Assembly (NCBI GenBank): GCA_965206845.1
Contig: OZ242221.1
Coordinates: 1,376,001-1,440,000, forward strand
DNA from: Cenarchaeum sp.
Lineage (GTDB): Archaea; Thermoproteota; Nitrososphaeria; Nitrososphaerales; Nitrosopumilaceae
DNA: 64,000 nt
Direction of reading: 5' to 3'
Part shown: one piece after another, positions 50,618 to 60,763 of the stretch
Layout: each line of letters opens with the position of its first letter
Numbering within the stretch: position 1 is the first letter of the stretch
Notes under the pieces: model-generated
Told to the model about the DNA's origin: nothing
Databases searched by the model: none
The model's input: the letters and a program-made list of their open reading frames with translations, nothing else
Program-made: the position numbers and the translations under genes

Positions 50618-51478
50618 TTGAAGTATGACATTTTAGAGGATCGGGAAGATGTTGATGTCCTGTGGAAGGGCGTAGTAAAACTGGATCAGAGCTTTATTGA
50701 CTGCATGTCGGAGCCAGTCACACAGGATGGACTGAAGATCTATGCCGCCTACGACCGCAGGTTTGGCAGGGAAGACAATGCCCAGTTTGACAATCCCGGA
50801 CTATCTAGAGACTTTCCCAACGAGGTAACCATAGTCCTCAAGGGCGACAGGCACATGAAGTTTATGATGTGCTCCGTGTTCAGGAGACAGGAAGATTTTG
50901 AGGCAGGAGGACTCTTGCAAAAAACCGTCAAAAAGAAGAGAACTGTGACCAAGGGATTCCTTCTGGAGCCGTTGCCGAATACGACCATATCGGATCATGC
51001 CTGTCTGTCCACATTCCAGTTTGACAACGAAAACTCGGACAACCAAACGACAATCCAGTTTGACACGGTGGAGCAAAAATCATCCCTGATTCTGGAAAAG
51101 ATGGGCTGTGCTGCCTTTGCCTCTGGCTCGCAGGGGACCCACATCACCTTTGCAAAGGATCCAAAAAAATCGGTAACCGTCTTCTTTGTAGCATCAGACC
51201 AAAAACCCTTCATTGCAAGATTGGATGCAAACCTGGGTAGAAGGAGGATCATTTGCAGAAGCGGCGGGATGAGATCGGAGGAGATAAAGCCGGCAGACCG
51301 CTTGCAGGCCCCGGCACCAAGCCAGCGCCAGTCCGTGCTGGCACCGCCGCTTGATGAACCGTTAAAAATTCTCAACAACAGGCTCGCTAAGGGAGAAATT
51401 ACGATTTACGAGTATGAGAGTATTCGAAAGGCAATGGAGAGCAAAGCGGGTCAGTCCTCCACCGATTGGTGGGCATAG
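50618..51478 (+). CDS. Hypothetical protein with C-terminal SHOCT domain
   Basis: PLKILNNRLAKGEITIYEYESIRK. Confidence 0.72.
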   Translation: MKYDILEDREDVDVLWKGVVKLDQSFIDCMSEPVTQDGLKIYAAYDRRFGREDNAQFDNPGLSRDFPNEVTIVLKGDRHMKFMMCSVFRRQEDFEAGGLLQKTVKKKRTVTKGFLLEPLPNTTISDHACLSTFQFDNENSDNQTTIQFDTVEQKSSLILEKMGCAAFASGSQGTHITFAKDPKKSVTVFFVASDQKPFIARLDANLGRRRIICRSGGMRSEEIKPADRLQAPAPSQRQSVLAPPLDEPLKILNNRLAKGEITIYEYESIRKAMESKAGQSSTDWWA

Positions 51479-51553
51479 ACAGCTGAAACAATCCGGACAC
51501 AGGATAATTCCCCAAGTTGTGGCACGGTTCGTATCTGTGAGGGTGGCTATGCG

Positions 51554-51641
51554 TAGCGGGGGCCATAAAGATCCGTCGTTTTTCAAGCGAAACGTACTTC
51601 AAATCGGACGTAGAAATGACGGATCAATGTGGCCGCCACTA
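51554..51641. mobile_element. MITE-like 88-bp element with about 28-bp imperfect terminal inverted repeats
   Basis: TAGCGGGGGCCATAAAGATCCGTCGTTT versus reverse complement TAGTGGCGGCCACATTGATCCGTCATTT. Confidence 0.55.
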
Positions 51642-51954
51642 TGAGCAGTCATGCCACTCCAACAGGCTGCGGCTCCGCCCCGAAAACTAGCCAGTTCACG
51701 GTTTGCCGCCTGACAGGATCATCTGCGACACCTGGTGCCTAGTCTGTACTTGTCCAGCAGGCTGCGCGTCCGGTTGACGATGCAGGCTCCCGCTCCGGAT
51801 CCATTCAGTTCCTCAGATGTTGCCTCACTCCACTCACAAGGGCAGGCCCTTTGGATCATGTGCAGTTGGGGATCGGAGTGTCGCGCGGATGGGTGCCGTC
51901 ATGCCTTCACGGGAACCAAGGAAAACTGGTTGTCTCCCAAAATGGGAGGGCGGC

Positions 51955-53247
51955 CTACTTCGGCGGAATCTTGTACCAGGGCTTTCTTGGCATCAGGACC
52001 CATTTCACAATCAGAGAAGTGACGACTAGGTAGATCAGGATTCCAATCGGCTCTATCCAGTTTGGATCGTTTGTGCCGGGGAGTATTCCCAAGGCGGGCT
52101 CTACGGCGTAGACGAATATCAGTCCGGCCATCAGTGGCGCCATTGCGACAAAGAATATCATGAGAGACCACGTGTCCCGGATTGCCCTTACCAGATCCCT
52201 GTATGTCCCGTGCGGCTGCTTCCACTTGTTCGGCCCAACCCATGACTGCATTCCGCCCGCATACCAGTACACCATGCCCTGCAACAGCATCGCACCGATA
52301 ATGTTGCCGAGCGTTACGGGAACGAGGTTCTTGAGCCATGCCTCTCCCCATGTATAGTCTGCACCGGCCCAGATTCCCGCAGGCAGGGCAAAGTGGTTTA
52401 CTATGCTGTGCTCGAACCCGGTGGCAAAGAATATGGATACGGGTATGCCGATCAGGACAATCTTGGCAATGACCTCCTGGGTTCTAAACGCCCCCCACAC
52501 GCCCATGCCAATCATCCAGTTCGCAAAGATTCCCCTATAGAATAGCTGATCCCATTCAAGCACGTTGACCTTGGTATTGCCAATGCCTGCCAGCATTTCC
52601 ATCAATGCAGAGCCGGCAGGTCCAGCTTGATCTGCGCCAATAATTATCATCCACGAGATTACAAATCCAGCTACCCAGTGCCCAGAGTGGGTAATCGTCC
52701 ACTGCCACAGCACCTCCCGCCATTTGGCCTGGCCTGTCATCAGCGATATTCCCGAGGTCATATAATCCCCGGTTACAAGGTTGGAGCCATAGATGATCAC
52801 AAGGGCTAGAGCGGAGAAGCCAAATACGCCAAACATCAGGAACTTTCCAAGTCCGGGTGAGAGATCCGGTGCGACCGTGGACATTATCATCCACGAGAAG
52901 AATGCCGCAAAGGCGAGGTAGCTCATTGACTGCCAGCCCATGAGAATTCCCTGCGCGGGGTTCACCTTGGTTTTGGCGAGTCCAAGATTGCTTAGCGTCT
53001 TTATCGTGTCTGCAATGCCAAGCAGTCCTGGCAACATGCGTGGTGGTGGTGGTGTTTCTTCAGTGGCACTTTCTGCCTGTGCAGAGGATGCAGGAGTGCC
53101 AAGGCTAGCTGCGTTTGCAACGGGCGGCGGTGTTGCCTTGGCCGGGGGCATTGACGGTGCAGAGGGGGTTGAAGGCGTTGCAATGGCGCCCAAACCAGCG
53201 GTTGATACGGCGCCAGGCACGTTTATTATATCACCGGGGGTACTCAT
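51955..53247 (-). CDS. Formate/nitrite transporter family channel (putative cyanate uptake)
   Basis: GSNLVTGD omega-loop, GIFANWM, GFEHSIVN and NLVPVTLGNIIG. Confidence 0.88.
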   Translation of the reverse strand: MSTPGDIINVPGAVSTAGLGAIATPSTPSAPSMPPAKATPPPVANAASLGTPASSAQAESATEETPPPPRMLPGLLGIADTIKTLSNLGLAKTKVNPAQGILMGWQSMSYLAFAAFFSWMIMSTVAPDLSPGLGKFLMFGVFGFSALALVIIYGSNLVTGDYMTSGISLMTGQAKWREVLWQWTITHSGHWVAGFVISWMIIIGADQAGPAGSALMEMLAGIGNTKVNVLEWDQLFYRGIFANWMIGMGVWGAFRTQEVIAKIVLIGIPVSIFFATGFEHSIVNHFALPAGIWAGADYTWGEAWLKNLVPVTLGNIIGAMLLQGMVYWYAGGMQSWVGPNKWKQPHGTYRDLVRAIRDTWSLMIFFVAMAPLMAGLIFVYAVEPALGILPGTNDPNWIEPIGILIYLVVTSLIVKWVLMPRKPWYKIPPK

Positions 53248-53874
53248 TCTTAGAACAATTATTCCGTTTAGCGAATTAAGTGTTAGTCGTTATGTTAGTT
53301 TATCTAGTCCAAAAAATACAATTCCTGCCATCCGGGCATCCAAGACGATGGAGGCACACTCCTTGGTACTGGCACCGCGGCCAGGCAGAATTACGTAACA
53401 GCTCCTCTTAGTGGTGTCTTGTGCGCATGTTTGTGGATGCCACACTGGCTGTTCCCACATGCGAGACCTGCGGCGGCTGTATCGTGCCATGGGCATATCC
53501 GTTGGCACACCTGCGCGCCGCACCATGCCCTTAATCTCGGTTCGTTTGTACCGAGTTCCATCTCATGGCCCTTCTGCCTGTTGTCGGTCTTCTGATGCCT
53601 GCCAAAATCTGGCAGATGTCCAGGCTCTGTGGACTCCTTTCCAAACCCCGATGTGCCTTTTCTGCCTCTGGTGCATTGGAATGGAGCCGCGGCCGGCTGC
53701 AACCAGAGCCAGTTTGCAGCCCAGACGGGGACTGATTCACCCCAATGCCTCTCAAAAATTGTCCAACGCGGTGCCTTAACCTGAAAGTTACCAGACATCG
53801 GGTAATCTTATAGGCATAACTCTCACGTTTTTTCCTTAAAAGCAAATTAATCAGTATGGTGCTTTCTAAAACAA

Positions 53875-54852
53875 TTGTTTGTTAATCCATACTTGCTACT
53901 GGCATCCACTCTGTTCTTGATGCCGTTTGCGATGACCGAGGTTCTGGGAAGCGTAGTCATCAACGAGATTGAGTTTGATCCGGCTGGAGGGGAGGCCCAG
54001 TGGATCGAACTGCACAACCCAACCAACTCATCTGTGTCCTTGGATGGTTTTGAGCTGCAACTCCATGACGGCAATGCGGCCGTGGCGACTATTCCCGTTC
54101 CTCTTTTCTCTGGGGACACGCTTCGGCCGGGGGGATATTACGTGGTGCCCATGGGCGACTCCCTGCAGCATTTTTCTGATGAGGTGCAGAACCTTGCCGC
54201 CGTACTGTCCTTTGAAATGAAGACTTTGGACAACGTCCAAGGACTAAACGACGCACTTGGAAGTGACAAAACCTGGCAGCGGTTTCCCGACGGGACAGAT
54301 TCTGGGACATTCGGAGACTGGACATTCAGGGCTGCTACAAAGGGGCTGGATAATGGCAATTTGGGCCAGGTGGTGGCTGAATGCACCCTTGACCCGTTTT
54401 GCTGGGGGAAGCTGGACGTATTTTTTCATAACGAGCACCCTATCCAAGCCGACGGGCGTCTTTTCTTGATCGAGACCTTCTATGACTCGAAGAGGATAGA
54501 GGCGGATTTTGTTCTCGAGGAGAAAAAGATTCTGATATCGCTGATTTCTCCAGATTTTCCACAGCTGGGGGCGAGCTCGCCATTCTTGCATGTGACCATC
54601 CCTGACGAGCTTTTGGGCGGCTCGTATTCTGTCCTTGCAGACGGCGAACCAAAACCGTTCCATCAGATAGCCAATCAGACAAACACCCGCCTGATTATCG
54701 ATCACTTGGCAGACGAGAAGCTCATAGAGATTATGGGCACAAGGGTCATTCCTGAATTTCCAGTGGGATCCCTGATGGTGGTCACAGTTTCGGTCTTTTC
54801 CATACTGGTCCTATGCCGCTGCTGCGGTTCAAAATATTTTTGGAAGGTATAG
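53875..54852 (+). CDS. Secreted lamin-tail domain protein with PEF-type C-terminal anchor
   Basis: VVINEIEFDP...WIELHNPT, WQRFPDG.D and IPEFP plus TM. Confidence 0.8.
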   Translation: MFVNPYLLLASTLFLMPFAMTEVLGSVVINEIEFDPAGGEAQWIELHNPTNSSVSLDGFELQLHDGNAAVATIPVPLFSGDTLRPGGYYVVPMGDSLQHFSDEVQNLAAVLSFEMKTLDNVQGLNDALGSDKTWQRFPDGTDSGTFGDWTFRAATKGLDNGNLGQVVAECTLDPFCWGKLDVFFHNEHPIQADGRLFLIETFYDSKRIEADFVLEEKKILISLISPDFPQLGASSPFLHVTIPDELLGGSYSVLADGEPKPFHQIANQTNTRLIIDHLADEKLIEIMGTRVIPEFPVGSLMVVTVSVFSILVLCRCCGSKYFWKV

Positions 54853-55279
54853 GCCACCCATGGCATCTATTGTGGCATAACAGTCGGCATGCGGACGAAA
54901 TTCGGCCTGTCCTTGGAGTGTATTGGAAGGCTGCTTCTTCTGGCATGCGGGCGCGGATTCTCCCCGACAAGTGTGACTATCACACCAATCAGGAAGGCAG
55001 TCTCGCGGGAGTGTTCCAAGCGGCGGTCCGGCCAGTAATGCGGATGTCTGCAGTGCCTGTCCATTGCGGCATATGCGCGGCTGCAGTCAAGTAGTGTGAT
55101 AGGTAGGCTCTGGCGTGCTCAGGGAGGGATATCGCAGTAACCATGCCCTAAGATAAACTGTTATTGGTTAGCATACAGTGTAAAGGTATTATGCAATGTG
55201 AAGGGGGAAACACTTTCTGGATTTCCCATCGTTTTTAGCCATCAGGAAGGATTTTTTAAACCTCAGCCATGCACGAAGC

Positions 55280-57034
55280 TTGGATTTTTTTGGATTCTCC
55301 TATCTGAAAAAATGGGTAATCATCGGGACGATGATAGGAATTGTTGCGGGTCTTGGTTCGGTGGCCTTTTTTCTTATGCTCCAGGCGGCAACATTTGTCT
55401 TCCTAGGCCTTGGGGCAGGTTATGTCCCTCCAAATTTTGAGATAATCGCCACATCGTACACCTCTGTTGCCGAAAGACCGTGGATGATTCCCCTGATCAC
55501 CGGCGGCGGGGGTCTTGTAGTGGGGTTGCTTACAACCAGGTTTGCTCCAGAGTCTGCAGGACACGGAACCGAGGCCGTGATAGATGCGTTTCATAACAAA
55601 GAAGGGGTAATACGCCCTCGGATTCCACTACTGAAGGCTGTAACCGCCTCGATAACAATAGGCACTGGTGGGAGCGGGGGAAGGGAGGGGCCGGCAGCCC
55701 AAATTGCCGCCGGCTTTGGCTCAATAGTCAGCAGGCTTCTAAAACTGGGCGTCGAGGATCGCAGAATTGCAGTGGCAACGGGACTTGGGGCCGGAATTGG
55801 AAGCTTGTTCAAGGCTCCCCTTGGCGCAGCCCTGCTAAGCACGGAAATCTTCTACCGCCGGGATTTTGAGGTCAGGGCCCTGCTTCCGGCGCTGATTGCA
55901 TCTGTAACCGGGTTCGTAATATTTGGCTCAGTTTTTGGATGGCTCCCGATATTTTCAATATCTGAATCCGCCGCGGAGTTCAACCAGCCCCTGCACTTCA
56001 TACTGTATGCCGTAGTCGGGGTCTGCTGTGCAGTGACAGGCAGGCTGTACGTGACCTCTTTTTATGGAATCCAGGACCTCTTTCAAAAATGGAGCATTCC
56101 CAGATTCATCAAACCTGCCATAGGCGGACTGCTGGTGGGAATTATCGGCATGTTTCTTCCCCAGATTTTAGGCGGGGGGTACGGGTGGCTGCAGGTGGGG
56201 ATATTTGACGATGTGAAGCTGTTCCCAATTTGGATTCTAATAGCCATTCTGCTTCTCAAGATTCTGGCCACCTCCCTGTCCATAGGATCCGGCGGAAGTG
56301 CCGGCGTCTTTGGACCCGGCCTGGTAATAGGGGGGTTTGTAGGTGCAGTAGTGGGGGAGATCTTTCACTCGTTTGCCCTGTTTACGGACATCCAGATTTC
56401 AACGATAGCCATTGTCAGCATGATTGCGTTTTTTGGAGCCGTCTCCAAGGCCCCAATCTCGACCATAATCATGGGCAGTGAAATGACGGGAGGATATGCA
56501 TTGCTGCCAGCCATGATTCTTGCCTCTGTGGTCTCCTATGGGCTGATTGGCTTGAAGTCCAGCATATACAGGAGTCAGCCAATGGACAGGACAGAGTCCC
56601 CGGCACACAAGCACGAATACCACGCCCTGCTAAAAAAGCGCCCAATCAGTGATGCCATTGACATCAGTTTCAATAAGATACGCCATGACAGGACAGTGGG
56701 TGAGGCAATTCAGATCTTGAAGGACTCAAAACCAGACAGCATTGCAATAGTCGATGCCGACGGCAAATACGTCGGTTTTGCGGACTCGGATGGCCTGGCG
56801 AAACTGGGCAGTCCGGATGCTCTCCTGTCGGAGATAATTCCGTCAATTGTGGCTGCGCCAGGGGTTGGCACCGGGGATTCCCTGTACGATGCGGTCAAAA
56901 AAATGTCTGATTCAAAGATGATGGAACTGCCGGTCATAAGCGAGGAGAATGTCGTGGTGGGGACAGTCTCCATGTCCGGCATTATGGAGGCATACGATCA
57001 AAAGCTTGCAGATTCGGATGATGTGAGGGACTAA
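55280..57034 (+). CDS. CLC family chloride channel/H+ antiporter with CBS domains
   Basis: GHGTE, GSGGREGP and GGSAGVFGP; two CBS domains. Confidence 0.92.
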   Translation: MDFFGFSYLKKWVIIGTMIGIVAGLGSVAFFLMLQAATFVFLGLGAGYVPPNFEIIATSYTSVAERPWMIPLITGGGGLVVGLLTTRFAPESAGHGTEAVIDAFHNKEGVIRPRIPLLKAVTASITIGTGGSGGREGPAAQIAAGFGSIVSRLLKLGVEDRRIAVATGLGAGIGSLFKAPLGAALLSTEIFYRRDFEVRALLPALIASVTGFVIFGSVFGWLPIFSISESAAEFNQPLHFILYAVVGVCCAVTGRLYVTSFYGIQDLFQKWSIPRFIKPAIGGLLVGIIGMFLPQILGGGYGWLQVGIFDDVKLFPIWILIAILLLKILATSLSIGSGGSAGVFGPGLVIGGFVGAVVGEIFHSFALFTDIQISTIAIVSMIAFFGAVSKAPISTIIMGSEMTGGYALLPAMILASVVSYGLIGLKSSIYRSQPMDRTESPAHKHEYHALLKKRPISDAIDISFNKIRHDRTVGEAIQILKDSKPDSIAIVDADGKYVGFADSDGLAKLGSPDALLSEIIPSIVAAPGVGTGDSLYDAVKKMSDSKMMELPVISEENVVVGTVSMSGIMEAYDQKLADSDDVRD

Positions 57035-57114
57035 ACCCCACGGCAGCATGATGTGCCAGCAGACTTGTCGACCCTGTACCGGATCGGGCACGATACCGCA
57101 ACGTCTGGGTGGGT

Positions 57115-57136
57115 GAATAAAAAAAATAAAAAAAAT
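57115..57136 (-). terminator. Poly-T terminator downstream of cynS
   Basis: Two T7-8 tracts on the minus strand just after the stop. Confidence 0.6.
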
Positions 57137-57141
57137 GGGTG

Positions 57142-57726
57142 TTAAGACACGAAGGCCTTGAAGTTTAGCCACTTTCCGTCCATGACGATCGTGACTCTTT
57201 CGTTGATCTGCGGAGTTGCCTCCTGGAGCGTCATTTCAGGCAGTGTGTTGCCTTCTGAGCGCCTAAACATATGGAAGCTGAAGTCTATTGCACTCATAAT
57301 TCCGTCGTTTCCACGTCCCGGCGCGTCGCCTGGTAGTGAGAACGTTGCGAAGAGTTCACCGATGATCTCCCTTATCGGATCCCCATAGTTTGCAAGTACT
57401 TCAATCAACCTGTAGTTGAAGGGATCGTTTGGTATTTCTGCGAACTTTCTTACTGGCGGGCGATCATACTCTGCCGTTTGTTCAGCTGATAGGCCAAGGG
57501 TGTCACAAATTGCATGCCTGTCAGCCTCACTCGGGCGGTGTACTCCGTTGATAAACCCGGCAACAAATACGGGGTTCTTGTTTATCACTGCCGCCAATGA
57601 TTTTGTTCCTGGGGCTGTACCGGTGTAGGAAAAGCCTTTCTCTTCCATTGCCATCTTTGCAGCCGTTATTGTCTCATCAGATACTTTGAAGCTTGTCATT
57701 ACGAATGTGGAAGCAGATGTCCTCAT
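57142..57726 (-). CDS. cynS: Cyanase (cyanate hydratase), divergent
   Basis: PNDPFNYRLIE..YG, DGIMSAIDF and ERVTIVMDGKWL match the CynS catalytic Arg/Glu/Ser motifs; HTH-like N-terminus. Confidence 0.9.
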   Translation of the reverse strand: MRTSASTFVMTSFKVSDETITAAKMAMEEKGFSYTGTAPGTKSLAAVINKNPVFVAGFINGVHRPSEADRHAICDTLGLSAEQTAEYDRPPVRKFAEIPNDPFNYRLIEVLANYGDPIREIIGELFATFSLPGDAPGRGNDGIMSAIDFSFHMFRRSEGNTLPEMTLQEATPQINERVTIVMDGKWLNFKAFVS

Positions 57727-58980
57727 AACTTTACAGCCGCCACAAAACTTTAAACATCAATTATCGTGTTGCGCAACCAACATCGCAGAGAGGAGTGGCA
57801 TGACCGCGGCGACCGCCGCCTCCAAGATGCCACCTGCCGTGCACCGGGCGTTCAAGGAAAGAAAAGAGCATGTCCCGCATCGCTGCGGAGCCGCGTCCGC
57901 GCTGGCCCTATTGAGCGAAGTCCCAGTCTTTGCAATTGCGGCTTGCTCTAGCAAAAGGATGGAGGGGGACAGTGGGAAAATCCTCTAATGGGCATGTGCC
58001 AGAAATTCGTCCTACGGCCGACTGGCTAGCAGGCGCTCATTGCAGAGGATACCTCCCACATGCCAAAGACGCCTTGGGCGCTTGCCGGCCCAGAACATGG
58101 ATGTGGAACCACATCCCCACCCGAAGAGGATCGGCGGGATCAGAATGGCATGCAGCATACATTCTGGCGGCGTATGTATTCGGATCTGCCACAGGATCAG
58201 GATTATCGAAATAATCTATATGGTATTGTAATAAAGCATTGCTTTACCTAGAAACAGATAGAAAATTTAGCAATGAATATAGTGGGAATTACACCAGTAA
58301 TCCAGAGGTTGGGCAGCCCTGACGCATGCGGATCAATTGGCACGTCGTCGGGTTTACCTTGACACAAAGAGCATGCCTGCGCAAACTTTCATACGGTTCG
58401 ATGCAATGCGCTACGTTATGCAGCTATGTGCTGCAGGTAAATATCCCAAAATGGCGGCCTGGGAGTCTGCATCCGGATGACACCTTTGCACATTCTTAGG
58501 ATCCGGCCTCTCATTGAGACATTCCCAGATCTCTCGCCGGTTTGCAGCTGCGGCGTTACCTCAGTTCCGCCACACGGCACGCAGGCTCCGCTACATGCGG
58601 CGCCGGCTGTCTTCGCGCCTGGCAGGTAACTGCCGCTCTTACCATGTCGGATGCAGGTCTGCCGCCATTTATCTGGAATCGGGATCCCTCTGTGCTAGCT
58701 TGCCCCTTGACATGGAGATCATCCCTGGGCAGGCCGTGACTGCCTCGTTCATGCAGCCTACCACACCCAATGCGCGGGGCAGCTCTGTGCGCAGCAGGGT
58801 CTGCTCATGTCTGCCCATGCGTAGGCGCCGTATCCTTTGCGATCAGAGCCTTTTGGTCACATGCGGTGCACCAAGGTGGCATGACAGGCGTGTAGTACGA
58901 GTGGTGGGATCCAAACGGTAGCCTGCGGGACACAGCCGGCGCAGGCAAAAAGCTCAAATGCCGACACGGCAAAGTATGCT

Positions 58981-59682
58981 ATGCCATACCTCTTTGTGGA
59001 TATCGAGACCGTACCGAACCTGACTGCCGACGAGTATTTTGATCTCCGGCAGCAGGTCGACTCGGGCGCCATCTCAAAGGATACGGGGAACCGGGATCTG
59101 TTCTGGAAGTTCAAGAACGGGGCGCTCAACCCGCTGGACGGCAGGGTATCCATGATAACGTACAGCGTCGGCGGCTCCCACACCTTCCGGCTCAAGGAGT
59201 GGGAGCTGGGGGAACGGGAGACGTTGCTCCGGTTTTACCGCCTTCTGGGGGATCTGCTGCGGGGCACGGGCGAGACATGCACCATAGTGGGGCACAACGT
59301 GTTGAGCTTTGATCTGCTATTCCTGCACGGCAGGATGAGGCACCATGGCATCGACGACGACAAGTGGCTGTACCAGAGGGTATTTCGCGGGCCGGTAATA
59401 ATCGACCTGCTTCAGCTGCACCTTCCGCTGAACGGCTACCGGCTCAGGGGCCTCAAGCACGACGTCTTGGCCCATGCCTACGGATTTCAGGTCAAGTCCT
59501 CCACCGGGGCTGGAGCCATAGAACACTACTTTCAGGGAGACTATGACAGCATCCTACAGTACTCGGAGCGCGAGTTCATCTATCCTGATATGTTTGCAAA
59601 GATACAGAGGGACGGGCTGGTCACAAGGGAACAGCTGCAGGACTCGATCGAGCACTACAACCTGGAGCACGGGCTGACGTGA
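58981..59682 (+). CDS. 3'-5' exonuclease (DEDD, PolB exonuclease-like)
   Basis: FVDIET ExoI and GHNVLSFDL ExoII. Confidence 0.8.
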   Translation: MPYLFVDIETVPNLTADEYFDLRQQVDSGAISKDTGNRDLFWKFKNGALNPLDGRVSMITYSVGGSHTFRLKEWELGERETLLRFYRLLGDLLRGTGETCTIVGHNVLSFDLLFLHGRMRHHGIDDDKWLYQRVFRGPVIIDLLQLHLPLNGYRLRGLKHDVLAHAYGFQVKSSTGAGAIEHYFQGDYDSILQYSEREFIYPDMFAKIQRDGLVTREQLQDSIEHYNLEHGLT

Positions 59683-59811
59683 GGCTACCTGCCGCACCAA
59701 CCCTGACGTAGAGATTCCCCGGAACGCGTGCATATGCGCCTAAATGCAGCAGAGCCTGACCTCATTCCACTTGGACGGTCCATGCAGAAAATGGCTAAAG
59801 TGGCGTGGCAA

Positions 59812-60501
59812 TCACGCAGGGCCGGCAGGTCTGGAGTCCGATTCCGCGTCAGGCTCCTCAATCTTGAGCTTCGTCATGGGGATCCTGCCCACCGGAATGA
59901 ACAGGAATATCAGTCCTGCAATCTTTGAGGATATGGAGACATAGTACAGGATGAATCCGGGAAAGACAAACGAGTACCACCCGATGAACTCCCCAAATGC
60001 CAGCAGCCCGAGGCCGGATCCCACCAGTATGGCCCCCTTCTTTCGGCTGGCAAAGTATGACATTATCGTCTCGATCGCCGCATATATCAGCAAGATGAAC
60101 GAGACGGAGCGGAATATGTACTCGATGTGTATGGTCGACACAAGAAACAGGGGCAGGACTCCCACGGACCTCAGGTATCTTGACTTGGGAAAGAACGACT
60201 TGATGCCGTGGGAGAACGCGATGAAAAAGTAGCCTACCGTCTGCATCACTATGCCCACCGTCTGGATTCCCCGGTTTATGCCCCCGTCATGAAACACAAA
60301 GTCCTCCAGCGTGAACCCGACCCAGACCACAAAGAATCCCGCACTGATCGAGAAGAACGCCACACTCAGGCGAAACAGCGTCGGGCTTCCGGTATTCCTG
60401 AATCCGATATACGACATTATTCCTATGACGAGGCCTACCAAAAATCCGATCAGGTTCAGTATGTTCTCAAAGAGAAACTCCAATGCGTCCCGTACGCACA
60501 T
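59812..60501 (-). CDS. Multi-pass membrane protein
   Basis: About 7 hydrophobic segments. Confidence 0.75.
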   Translation of the reverse strand: MCVRDALEFLFENILNLIGFLVGLVIGIMSYIGFRNTGSPTLFRLSVAFFSISAGFFVVWVGFTLEDFVFHDGGINRGIQTVGIVMQTVGYFFIAFSHGIKSFFPKSRYLRSVGVLPLFLVSTIHIEYIFRSVSFILLIYAAIETIMSYFASRKKGAILVGSGLGLLAFGEFIGWYSFVFPGFILYYVSISSKIAGLIFLFIPVGRIPMTKLKIEEPDAESDSRPAGPA

Positions 60502-60763
60502 CTGTTTATTTTAGTTTGGGATTGGCCGGCCATCCGTCCAGCGCTCCGACGGCCTAGTCCTTTGCCGCCTTTGTATGGGGCCTGGGGTGCCGGGTTCCTG
60601 CGTGTCGGGCATCTGGCATGCCTGCCACGGCCCATCCCAAGGTGATAGCCACAGCGCCTGACGGCTGCAAAGCCGGACGTGAGCTCCGATGCCCCTTGCG
60701 CCCTACCGTGCGTCATGCGGCCCGCCGCGGCTGCTGCCATCAGGTTATATGAACACTGTCGGC

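Noticed and set aside
55090-55280. Fluoride riboswitch upstream of the CLC gene
   Set aside because: No crcB-motif consensus, and the protein lacks the CLC-F GNN/GREGT signatures.
58250-58560. Possible SDR dehydrogenase remnant (GKPDDV...WITG on the minus strand)
   Set aside because: The motif is too short and the surrounding frames do not support it.
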